A stretch of 64,000 bases of DNA from Candidatus Melainabacteria bacterium (GCA_030696635.1 JAUYRX010000024.1:41401-105400); one strand, 5' to 3'. Counted from the first letter of the stretch, positions 20,833 through 29,476 are shown. Translations and numbers: made by a program. Notes: a model not told the origin generated them from the sequence alone.

Positions 20833-21202
20833 AGCCTGCGAGCAGTAGATCGTGGACGCACGACAAAATAATAAAGGGTCACCTTGGATATCGCTAACTG
20901 CGAGCAGATTATAGCGCGGAAATCGACACCTTTGAGTGTCGCCCCAGAACAAGCCTCGAGGATACCAACTTTTGCTGAAAAAAAGTTTCCATGGAAACCA
21001 AATCAAAACCGAAAAGAGGTAACTAGAACCGCTACCTCAATTACGGAATAGTACTATGCAATATAATATCTTAAAGATCAAGAAATAATGACGCATTGGG
21101 GTGCTCCACTTTTTAGAATTTAAATCAATAAAATGCCACCGTCCCTGGTAGCGAATACTTGATTGACAACCACTCTTAGTTGTCCGTGACTTAAATCAGA
21201 GC

Positions 21203-21559
21203 TTAGCGAAGAATCAGCGAAAAAATAACACCAAAGACACAGGTAATGAAGGCCATTTTGATGCCAAGTCGCACATGAGTCACCCTAGAACCACTGAGGA
21301 AGAGTGAGAAAATGATGAAGCCAATGAAGCCACTGCCGAACATCTGTGTGACCGATGATCCACTTTCAGTAATGCGGCCTAACACAGAAATACCAAGGGC
21401 AAGAACAATCGGCAGACCAAAAATGAATAGCCGAGACTGAGCAGCCCAACTCTCGAAGACGGTGCGGCGGGATGTGAATGTTCCAGCCCAGTCGCAAGGG
21501 AGAATTCTGCCCAGGCCAAAAATACTGCCGAAAAACAATACCAGTAAAAGAGCGTCCAT
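21203..21559 (-). CDS. Small 4-TM membrane protein
   Basis: 118-aa ORF with four hydrophobic segments. It is the last gene of the co-directional cassette. Confidence 0.5.
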   Translation of the reverse strand: MDALLLVLFFGSIFGLGRILPCDWAGTFTSRRTVFESWAAQSRLFIFGLPIVLALGISVLGRITESGSSVTQMFGSGFIGFIIFSLFLSGSRVTHVRLGIKMAFITCVFGVIFSLILR

Positions 21560-21614
21560 AATTGAAACCCTAGAAGTTAAAAGGAAAGACTAATAAGAAA
21601 AAGCGAAAGCAGCT

Positions 21615-22961
21615 CTACTGAGCCGCAATCGACCAGGTCACTCTTAGTCCGGTGGGTGCAGTAAAAGTGTACGTCAGCTCAACCCCTCTCAGGCCGTGGT
21701 CAATCACTTTGTCTACGAGCTTCAAGAGGTCAGGGTCATGGTCCACTAGCCCATCCAAGTTGACTGCTACCCATTCATTCACTGGTAGCTCATCATAATG
21801 CTGTCGCAACCAAATACGACAAGGAAAGTCTTCTTCCTTGCACTTATCGCCACTTTCATCAACCGACTGAACAGCAAAGTTAGAGCCTTGGGTACGAGCG
21901 TAAAACTCAGGCACAAAACCTTGGGCCTCTGCCTCTTCAAAATATGGGGTGAGGCAGAAGCGATAGTCTTCACCTCGGCGAAAAGGTGCAATCATTGCCC
22001 TTTTCTCAGAGGGCAGAAGCGCGGCATCTTCTCCCTTAAGCTCAGCCAATAACAAGACATCGCTCGCCACTAGACCCAATTCAAACTTAGCGTTCAAGGC
22101 AGCAACAATAGCGTCTTGCACGGGCTTATAGCGCGAGTAGAAGTAATTGGGACCAATTGTTTCTGCCAGAGCCAGAGCTTGTAAAAGGCGCTCACAGTCT
22201 TTAAACCATTTACTGCCATAAAACGTCGGCAGCTCTTCACGAGTAAAGATGAATCCACCCAAACGCAGACGAAAAACACCGTATGGCTTGCTAAACGAAA
22301 TTACTACGGCAGCAATATTGGGATGAGATACATCAAAAACATGCTCGCCAGTCAAGCCAACATAGGCGAGGTCTAATATGACCTGATGCCCAGCATCCAG
22401 CAGACCTTTTATCAAATGGCAAGGCAATATATTGCCTTGACGAGCAGAAGGGTTACTTATGAACCAATAGCCGGGCTCTATCAACTCAGGGGCTTGGCTT
22501 ACCGCGTCAAAATCATGCTCAATCAAGCTCATGCCTATATTCTTAGCCTGAGCGCCATAGCCCTCATACTCGCCCCTAAGCACATGAATTGCAGCAACAC
22601 CCTGAGAGCGCAAGCGCACTAGCAGATGAAATATCCCCTCGGAGCTGCCATGACCGGGGTACTTGAAAGCAAAGTGCTCGAGACCTGGTACGGTCCGAGA
22701 GTAAGCTTGAACCACCCGGTCAATGATGGGCTGATGAATCATGTCTAAATCAAGCTTGCCCTCAACTGTAGCGGTAACTTCTAGGGGCGGCGTAACCAAG
22801 TTAGAAAGAATCTGACCGGCCTCGCTGGCCTCGGTGGACACGCGAAACAGATCAGGATGGAGGAAGGGAGCAACGCGCTTCAAAACCGCTCTTGTATCGC
22901 TAAATAGATAGCTATAAACTGCCTTCATTGGCGTGAAGGCAATTACCTCAAACTTTCTCAT
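21615..22961 (-). CDS. PLP-dependent aminotransferase class I/II-fold enzyme with a ~85-aa C-terminal extension
   Basis: FISNPSARQGN (NPxNPTG-like), ILDLAYVGL (DxAY), SFSKPYGVFRLRLGG (SxSK Schiff-base Lys block). GGAG SD. The start is 12 nt after the radical SAM stop. C-terminal WLRQHYDELPVNEWVAVNLDGLVDHDPDLLKLVDKV recalls DUF5678-type small domains, which is a weak call. Confidence 0.7.
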   Translation of the reverse strand: MRKFEVIAFTPMKAVYSYLFSDTRAVLKRVAPFLHPDLFRVSTEASEAGQILSNLVTPPLEVTATVEGKLDLDMIHQPIIDRVVQAYSRTVPGLEHFAFKYPGHGSSEGIFHLLVRLRSQGVAAIHVLRGEYEGYGAQAKNIGMSLIEHDFDAVSQAPELIEPGYWFISNPSARQGNILPCHLIKGLLDAGHQVILDLAYVGLTGEHVFDVSHPNIAAVVISFSKPYGVFRLRLGGFIFTREELPTFYGSKWFKDCERLLQALALAETIGPNYFYSRYKPVQDAIVAALNAKFELGLVASDVLLLAELKGEDAALLPSEKRAMIAPFRRGEDYRFCLTPYFEEAEAQGFVPEFYARTQGSNFAVQSVDESGDKCKEEDFPCRIWLRQHYDELPVNEWVAVNLDGLVDHDPDLLKLVDKVIDHGLRGVELTYTFTAPTGLRVTWSIAAQ

Positions 22962-22973
22962 GGTCGCTCCGGT

Positions 22974-23894
22974 TTATTGATTTGATTGATTCTGTTGGGC
23001 CTGGGCAAAGGCATCTAGCGTCACACCTTCTTTCTGCCAATCATCACTGACCCGGCCATCAGGCAAAAAGATCAGCTGCCGGCCGACATCTTCATTTTCA
23101 TCGGCCTTAGTCAGCGAGTTGGTTAAGCAGACATTCTGGCCACCAACGTTATAGACACTGCCACCCCAGGGCAGACGCTCTATTAAAGTGCCGGCAGTCT
23201 CAAGGTATGCTTGAATTTCAGCTTTAGCAGTATCGGGTAAATAGTTAGCGGCAACGAAACTAGTAATTTCATCGTCACGACTAGAGTCAGGCTTGTTAAC
23301 CGGACGAATCGTGAGCTGCTCCACTCTATTGCGGCGAGCAAAATCCATCATTTTTTGCAACTCTGTGGAGCTGTCAATTTGTCCGCGCGACATCACTACA
23401 GCTAAGCGCACGGCATAGCCGAAACTATGCAAGTGGGCTATCAACGCAGGCAAGTCAATGTATGCCTGACGATGGGGCAGGTAAGTCTGCCTATTGCGCT
23501 CAGCATCATAATGCACAACCGAAATAGCAATCAATTTCAAGCCATACTCACGCCACTGACGCAGGTGCTGGCTCGTCACAATTTTACGATCGGCGATGGG
23601 AATGCCGTTCGTTTGCAATTCCACCGACTTAAAGTCAAAGGTGCGCTGAATTTTTAAGTACTGCAAAACTTGCTCGGGCCAGAGAGTAGGCTCACCTTTT
23701 GAAGTGAGCAACAAGCTATCGCATTGGTGGGCCTTAGCAAAAGCACAGACCTTAGCAAAAGCATTCAGGTCTGGCGCTTGCGCCTTAGCGGTGACACCGT
23801 TCTCAGGAGTCATGCCGGCCACACAGAAAGGGCAGCGAGCATTGCAAGCCAGGCCACCAACAATAGGGGTCAAAAGTTTGAAGCGTTTTGTCAT
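22974..23894 (-). CDS. Radical SAM enzyme (no SPASM/twitch extension evident)
   Basis: GGLACNARCPFCVAG (CxxxCxxC), SKGEPTLWPEQ (GGEP-like), ELQTNGIPI, and a C-terminal LIFLPDGRV. Confidence 0.85.
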   Translation of the reverse strand: MTKRFKLLTPIVGGLACNARCPFCVAGMTPENGVTAKAQAPDLNAFAKVCAFAKAHQCDSLLLTSKGEPTLWPEQVLQYLKIQRTFDFKSVELQTNGIPIADRKIVTSQHLRQWREYGLKLIAISVVHYDAERNRQTYLPHRQAYIDLPALIAHLHSFGYAVRLAVVMSRGQIDSSTELQKMMDFARRNRVEQLTIRPVNKPDSSRDDEITSFVAANYLPDTAKAEIQAYLETAGTLIERLPWGGSVYNVGGQNVCLTNSLTKADENEDVGRQLIFLPDGRVSDDWQKEGVTLDAFAQAQQNQSNQ

Positions 23895-23949
23895 GTATAT
23901 GTCTCAAAGTAATTGAAAACGACTGGTAGGAAAACTGATCGATTGTCGA

Positions 23950-24669
23950 CTAGAGGCTAAAGCGCTTTAACTTTGCTCTGTTTTCCCAGCGCCAGCAAAG
24001 ATAGCTGAGAGCATTTCGTGAAGACTTTGCCTGTACCAACTCAGCTTCGAAAGCGCGTTTGTCTTTGACGAATTGGCGAGTGCGCACATGCTGACTGACT
24101 GAACTCTCACTCAAATCGAAGGTATCAAAGCGATCCTCTCTACCATCGGCTAGGCGGTAGGCAATGCCTTCTTCAACCACTCGCACCAGTTGATCTAAAG
24201 CTTCTGCCGCTGCTACAGCACCACTATAGCCATTGCCAGCTCCAGCAGACATAAGCCGGTCATCGAGGCAATGCTTATATCCAGTGGGGGCACGCTCATC
24301 AAGAAACAAATTCAGAGAGTGCGTCTCTTCACCAGTGGACCTAACGTTAGGTCTTCTTTTGGGGTCTTTTGTACGAGCATGAATATGCAATAGACCTTCA
24401 CCATAGCTGTAGTAGCTACTGTGGTCGTTGGTTATGCTGCCAAATACCTGAGTAAATGCCGCCATAATCAACAAACAGTCTTCCGGTGCTTTGGCATAGA
24501 CTTTGAACAAACCGGCTAACAAAAGAATATTTCTATCGAGAAAAGCCTGAAAGAAATTGGCAAACGCCACCCGCTCGTATTCAGAGAGAACTTTTGTTTC
24601 AGCATAATGGCTGACCACAGAAGGAAGAAATTGCTCGATCTCTGCTTTAGTAACTACGGTATTTTTCAT
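23950..24669 (-). CDS. Hypothetical 239-aa soluble protein
   Basis: AGAGG SD before ATG 24669. Protein-like composition with no motif recognised. Confidence 0.55.
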   Translation of the reverse strand: MKNTVVTKAEIEQFLPSVVSHYAETKVLSEYERVAFANFFQAFLDRNILLLAGLFKVYAKAPEDCLLIMAAFTQVFGSITNDHSSYYSYGEGLLHIHARTKDPKRRPNVRSTGEETHSLNLFLDERAPTGYKHCLDDRLMSAGAGNGYSGAVAAAEALDQLVRVVEEGIAYRLADGREDRFDTFDLSESSVSQHVRTRQFVKDKRAFEAELVQAKSSRNALSYLCWRWENRAKLKRFSL

Positions 24670-24831
24670 GATTGTGCCTCTTGTTTTGAGTAATCACTAA
24701 AAGATTGCGCTCATACCAGATCAGCCAAGTGACTAGTGAAGAGCGCAAAATTGTAGTAATTTTGAAGGAATAGAGCGGGCAACCAGCCAGTTGGCCGATT
24801 GCCTCGCCATTTAAACGGTTACAAGCTGAGA

Positions 24832-26745
24832 CTAAGCCCCAAATACCCGGGCAATCTGAGCAGTGACAACTTGCCAGGTGCGAGCGATGGCAGCCAAAAC
24901 AGGCTGCAAAACAACTAGCAAGAAGCGAAACTGCCGAGCGACACTGGCCCAAAGCGCCTTGTAGACAGTCCACAAAGCTTCGAAGGCCTGATTGAAAACT
25001 GGAGCCAGAGTAGGGGTAATGGCTGTGAACAATTTAGAGAATTGCAGGTACAACAACGGTGCAAATACTCCACCTACCAGTCCAGCCGCGCTCAAACCCA
25101 GCAACGCCGCAGCAGTTAAGCTGCCACTCAATTCATTAACATAGTAACCAACGGTGGCTAAGGTGACTAAACCACCTACAGAGGCCAAAGTAGTGGCGCT
25201 ATAGTATGAAAACAAACGACCCAAAAGAACAAAGCCATTGATTGAGACGAAGGCAATAATTATTGCATCGACGTAGAAGTTGCTAGTCAATTTGGCCGAC
25301 ACCACAGGCAGTGCTTGCAGCAGAGCAATCACCAGAATCACCAGGTTGAGCACATGGCCAAAGAGCTTGGCAAAATCAGATCTGTCGTTGAAAGCCTCTT
25401 TGCGTTTTTCTGCCAACACCGCAAATGCAGCCACAATTTTGCTTGACAGTCTACCATGCAACCTCTCTAAAGCATAGCCGACAGAGCTTGAAAGGGGACG
25501 AGTAATTGCCCGAACGACAATGTAAAAGATGGGATAAATCACCAGCCCAGTGCTAAGCAAAGTTGCTACCAACAGGCCAAAGTTAAGGGCAGCAGAATTT
25601 GTCAGTGCGGCATGGTAAGTGCCATAAGAGGCGACCAAAATGGTGGCGAGAGCCATTTCACGGGTGGCTTGCGAATGGCCAAAGTGTTTTTGGAAACCTT
25701 CTGTGTAGCTATAAACCAGAGAGACTACAGCAATCAACCATGCCAACCAAAGTGCCAGACCAGTAGCAATGCTTAAGCTATAGAGAACCCAGGCAAAGGC
25801 AAATGCCAAGCCAATATTGAGTAAATGCTGGTAAAAGCGTTGGTAGTCTTTGTCTTCTTCATCGCCATAAGAAGAATTAAGTAACTCGCTCCAATAGTGC
25901 AATACTCTCTTCATAAAACCGCCCTGCAAGCCAACGACAAGCGCTGGCACCAGGTAGGTAATAGCGAACAAACTAGAAGCGGCGAAAGTAGCAACTTTCA
26001 CCACTTCTGATTGAGCAGCGACAAAAGGCACATACTGAACCAGAGCCCAAGAGCCTAACAAGCCATAGGCAACAATAGACTGATAGGCTTTGCTGTCGAA
26101 TAAAGGGCTGACAAGACTGACTAATGCCAGAGCCAGGATAAAACCTGCGACTGCAGCAAAGGCTTGCAAACCGACAAAGCTAATTCCCAGGGTCAAAACC
26201 CAAGCATAGGTTAGATAGCCATAGTATGAAACCGCGGCAAAGAGGGCAATATAGAGTACTGTTTCAATAAAGCGAATGCCTTTAGAACGGCCACCATATT
26301 GATTTTGCAGTTGACTCCACAGTGCCATTGCTCCTGGAGCCCGCTGTACCATGGCGACAATCTGCTCTAGCGCTGGTAGCAAAGCGTTTTTCCAAAGCTT
26401 TTCATAGGAGCGCCAAAGCTTTTCCCACAAATCCCAGACATGACGCAAGACAAAGTAGTACAAGCTTGACCAGACATGGGTGTAGGTAAGGGTTGTTACC
26501 ACCAAGAAAATCAGTAACCAGGTGGCACTGCCTAATCCATAGCTAAATGCTAGCCAATCAGCTGTCTGCCAGGCAGCCAGGACGGCAAGAACGGCACCAA
26601 TCAATGCCACCGGTATCGTCCTTGTCCAAGAGCCAGTGCTATAGGCGCGTTTACATAGCCACTCTCCACTAATTTTTAGGGTGACTGGAATGAAGAATAT
26701 GATGTTGAGGATGAACTGAAAAACGCTCGTTTTTGGTGTTTCCAT
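24832..26745 (-). CDS. Large polytopic membrane protein (~637 aa, roughly 14-16 TM)
   Basis: Continuous ORF. Trp-rich amphipathic segments: VWDLWEKLWRSYEKLWKN and FEALWTVYKALWASVARQF. Start set to ATG 26745 (METPKTS) to avoid a 50-nt overlap with the upstream gene. No family recognised. Confidence 0.65.
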   Translation of the reverse strand: METPKTSVFQFILNIIFFIPVTLKISGEWLCKRAYSTGSWTRTIPVALIGAVLAVLAAWQTADWLAFSYGLGSATWLLIFLVVTTLTYTHVWSSLYYFVLRHVWDLWEKLWRSYEKLWKNALLPALEQIVAMVQRAPGAMALWSQLQNQYGGRSKGIRFIETVLYIALFAAVSYYGYLTYAWVLTLGISFVGLQAFAAVAGFILALALVSLVSPLFDSKAYQSIVAYGLLGSWALVQYVPFVAAQSEVVKVATFAASSLFAITYLVPALVVGLQGGFMKRVLHYWSELLNSSYGDEEDKDYQRFYQHLLNIGLAFAFAWVLYSLSIATGLALWLAWLIAVVSLVYSYTEGFQKHFGHSQATREMALATILVASYGTYHAALTNSAALNFGLLVATLLSTGLVIYPIFYIVVRAITRPLSSSVGYALERLHGRLSSKIVAAFAVLAEKRKEAFNDRSDFAKLFGHVLNLVILVIALLQALPVVSAKLTSNFYVDAIIIAFVSINGFVLLGRLFSYYSATTLASVGGLVTLATVGYYVNELSGSLTAAALLGLSAAGLVGGVFAPLLYLQFSKLFTAITPTLAPVFNQAFEALWTVYKALWASVARQFRFLLVVLQPVLAAIARTWQVVTAQIARVFGA

Positions 26746-26791
26746 TGGAATACCTGTAATTTGTTTGTTGTTGGTGGTGTTGTTGCTGAAC

Positions 26792-27418
26792 TTAGTAACA
26801 GGCACGATAGCTATCGCGTCGCTCGGCCTGATATTCAGCAATTAGGGTTCTTTGCTCGGCAGTCTGCATATACTCCGGCACGGCGAAAGCCGCTGTCACA
26901 AGCGTATTGCGGGCCTGGTTCATGCGCCTTTGTTGTTCTTGGAACTCTCTTCGGCGCACCACTTCATCTCGATCTGAATAACTACTAATAGAACTACGCG
27001 CATCAGCCACCAGACGAGCCAGTAATGGCTCAACATCACTCGCTGTCAGGGCTTTTAGAGCAGCCATTGAAACGAAACTACTAAATCCATGCAGTTTCAT
27101 CGCCTCAATTTCCTCTTTCTTTGAAGCGATACCACAGGCAGCACGACTTCGATCTGCAGCACCATTGAGAATCTGGTAGAGATTACTCTCGCGCCCGCAG
27201 TAGGTATGAACATCATAAGTTGGACAAATAATTAGATCGAAATAGTCAAAGGAGCCCGAGGTATAGCAATCTTCTCCAGGGGGCAAAAACGACATACCTA
27301 GATTTTCATGGGCCTCATTAACCGAAATAGCCAGGGTAACTTTATGGCCAGAAGCTATCAAAACTTGCGATAGTCGCACTAATAGCTGATTATTTCTATT
27401 GATCAAAAGAATTTTCAT
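26792..27418 (-). CDS. Hypothetical protein with a receiver/flavodoxin-like N-terminus and a helical Q/R/E-rich tail
   Basis: MKILLINRNNQLLVRLSQVLIASGHKVTLAISVNEAHENL ... FDLIICP resembles a REC fold, but the acidic pair is replaced by NRN. C-terminal EFQEQQRRMNQARN. Confidence 0.5.
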   Translation of the reverse strand: MKILLINRNNQLLVRLSQVLIASGHKVTLAISVNEAHENLGMSFLPPGEDCYTSGSFDYFDLIICPTYDVHTYCGRESNLYQILNGAADRSRAACGIASKKEEIEAMKLHGFSSFVSMAALKALTASDVEPLLARLVADARSSISSYSDRDEVVRRREFQEQQRRMNQARNTLVTAAFAVPEYMQTAEQRTLIAEYQAERRDSYRACY

Positions 27419-27484
27419 AGGGCTTGTACTCCGTTGTTTTTACTTGAAAAAGCCTGCCCTAACTTCGTTTAGGGCAGACAGAAT

Positions 27485-28213
27485 TTAGTGCGCGTACTTG
27501 CTTGAGTCGAGGCCTAGACCATCAGCCACCAGTTGCAGGCGAGTGTGGTCTATATTTCGGCCTCTTCTGCCGCCAACAATTGACACTGCCAAACGCATGG
27601 CGATATCAGTCTGATAGCTATCGGCAGACAGTTGTTTGACTCTATTTAAGGTACTTTCCCAGGCATACATGCAAACTGGATGTTCAATATCACCAAGATA
27701 AGTATTGAAATAACCAACCAGAGCATCAGTAGGTAGATGATCAAAAGCTCTGGCATGCTTGATACGCTCTACAATTTCTTCTTTCTGCTCATCACTGAGC
27801 AGTTCCGTGCGCTTGCCAGAAGCCAAAAGCAGGGCAGTTAAACCCATAACAGATTTCTGAAAGCTCACAGCCGTGATCGCCGAAGCACATTTAGTCAACT
27901 CATCATGAGTGGTATAAATAGCCTGCATCACCCATTTTTTGAGATAGTACAGCGCCACCACAAAGTAGGCAAAAGTGATAAGCAATGCCAAAACTTCAAC
28001 CAAGCCGCCCATACCCAAGAAAGGCATTGCGACTATGACTCCAGAAATAATGAAGATAAAAACAGCAATGGCAATTGCCTTACTTTCGCTGGAAAATCCA
28101 AGCTCAGGATGGCTACCGAAAAATTTGTAGATATTGTGGCTGACCATGATCATGCCTAAGATCACTGGCATCAGCAAAACGAAGGGAAGCAGGGCGGTAA
28201 TGGGCATCAGCAT
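27485..28213 (-). CDS. Membrane-anchored protein with a TerB-like C-terminal domain
   Basis: Three or four N-terminal TM helices. The C-terminal ~120 aa (LLLASGKRTELLSDEQKEEIVERI ... RLQLVADGLGLDSSKY) recall TerB/DjlA-N type helical domains. AAGAGGA SD. Confidence 0.55.
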   Translation of the reverse strand: MLMPITALLPFVLLMPVILGMIMVSHNIYKFFGSHPELGFSSESKAIAIAVFIFIISGVIVAMPFLGMGGLVEVLALLITFAYFVVALYYLKKWVMQAIYTTHDELTKCASAITAVSFQKSVMGLTALLLASGKRTELLSDEQKEEIVERIKHARAFDHLPTDALVGYFNTYLGDIEHPVCMYAWESTLNRVKQLSADSYQTDIAMRLAVSIVGGRRGRNIDHTRLQLVADGLGLDSSKYAH

Positions 28214-28258
28214 ATGTGAGTCCTCTTTGCCTTTTGGGCAATAGTTGGCGAATGAAAT

Positions 28259-28281
28259 GGAGGTTCTTTGTAAGAACCTCC
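28259..28281 (-). terminator. Perfect 10-bp hairpin after the two small genes (attenuator or partial terminator)
   Basis: GGAGGTTCTT (28259-28268) / AAGAACCTCC (28272-28281) with a 3-nt loop. The minus-strand tail ATTTCATT is only weakly U-rich. Confidence 0.4.
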
Positions 28282-28324
28282 ACTATTGAAAAGATCGTGT
28301 CTTATATATCTGGCGAGGTAAGCT

Positions 28325-28573
28325 TTAGCGCTTGCCGGTACTCTTGGTGACGGTAATCAAATAGCGAATGGTTGCTACTGGTTCCGCCGCAAGTGGAGTT
28401 AGCTGTACCATGGCTGGAGCAATACCATACTCTTCAGCGATGGTTTCACCAAGGGCAAGTAATTGCGAATATTGTTCAGCAGCAGCCGACACTGAAACGA
28501 CAGCATACTTACCATACTGTGCTTCAAGACCACTGCGGTGAATCAATGTAGGTTGTGATTGAGATTCAGACAT
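28325..28573 (-). CDS. Small 82-aa protein
   Basis: AGGAG SD before ATG 28573. Sequence MSESQSQPTLIHRSGLEAQYGKYAVVSVSAAAEQY... with no family recognised. Confidence 0.55.
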   Translation of the reverse strand: MSESQSQPTLIHRSGLEAQYGKYAVVSVSAAAEQYSQLLALGETIAEEYGIAPAMVQLTPLAAEPVATIRYLITVTKSTGKR

Positions 28574-28595
28574 AGTTCATTACTCCTAAACTTGA

Positions 28596-28832
28596 TTAAC
28601 CAAAGGAGAGCCAAAGCGCTTCGAGACGAGCTCTAACCAACTGAGCCTGCTCTTCGATTTCGGCAAAAAGTGGGGCGAAAGCTTGATCGACAGCGGCGTT
28701 AAAACCACTAGTCTGCATGTAGTCATGCACATCAAAATCTGTATAGTCGAAACCTTCTGGCAAGACTGCCGGAAAATTTTGCCATGCAGAGGAGGGGGAA
28801 GAAGCTGAAACAGCTTCAGTTGTTGCTGCCAT
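28596..28832 (-). CDS. Small acidic 78-aa protein
   Basis: Start set to ATG 28832 (MAATTEAV) with GGAGAA SD; the ORF-track start at 28847 is TTG. Sequence DYTDFDVHDYMQTSGFNAAVDQAFAPLFAEIEEQAQLV. Confidence 0.5.
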   Translation of the reverse strand: MAATTEAVSASSPSSAWQNFPAVLPEGFDYTDFDVHDYMQTSGFNAAVDQAFAPLFAEIEEQAQLVRARLEALWLSFG

Positions 28833-29394
28833 TGGTATTCTCCGCAATGGTTGTTTGTGTTAGTCAATTGGCGCTAACAGAAATGTGCGAACAGAAGCAT
28901 GCGAAACACCTACTACCAAAGGCATTGAGTGATTGCTTGCTAGATGTGCGCGGGACTTATGGAAGAAACCTTCTTGCTGGATAGCGGAGTTGAAAATTAG
29001 ATGGAATAGATTCACTAATACTGCAAGACCGCCTACTCACTTGGCAAGGGCGCTATGGCCTTTATGAATTGCAATTACGGAAGGCCGCCTATCTTAGATT
29101 AAATTGACTCATCAACCAAAGCACAAAGCGGCCTGTTTTCTGCTCGTCTGAAAGGGCTTATGCGCACCAATTAGCGCAGCGCAATCAACGGAAATCACAG
29201 ACAAAAGACCACTTACCAACCGAGCCAGAGAGACACTAACAACCGAGCGACATAGGCTAGTGGGTGGAAAAAAATATGTAATCAGATCCACTTGCCAAGG
29301 GCTAATTGATCAAGCCAATATCAAGATCTCTATCACACTTCTTTTTCTTGGCATTACAACACTTCTTATCTACACCCGCCACTCCGCAGCATTT

Positions 29395-29417
29395 TTCATT
29401 AGCGCGTAGCTAATGAA
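29395..29417. promoter_or_regulatory. 9-bp inverted repeat about 60 nt upstream of ATG 29477 (candidate operator)
   Basis: TTCATTAGC gcgta GCTAATGAA. Confidence 0.3.
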
Positions 29418-29476
29418 GATATTGCCGCACTACCAACTTTCACTATTCAAAAACTTTGACCCCCTCAGGAGGTTTT

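Noticed and set aside
22974-23894. Idea that the radical SAM enzyme is a prokaryotic viperin or a RiPP maturase acting on the two small proteins
   Set aside because: A CxxxCxxC cluster alone does not discriminate between these options. There is no nucleotide-kinase partner and no SPASM or RRE-like domain. The small genes lie four genes away and lack obvious core-peptide features. I kept it only as an untested possibility.
24647-24973. 108-aa minus-strand ORF bridging the polytopic membrane gene and the 239-aa gene
   Set aside because: It is Cys-rich. It overlaps the 3' end of one gene and the 5' end of the next out of frame, and it has no SD.
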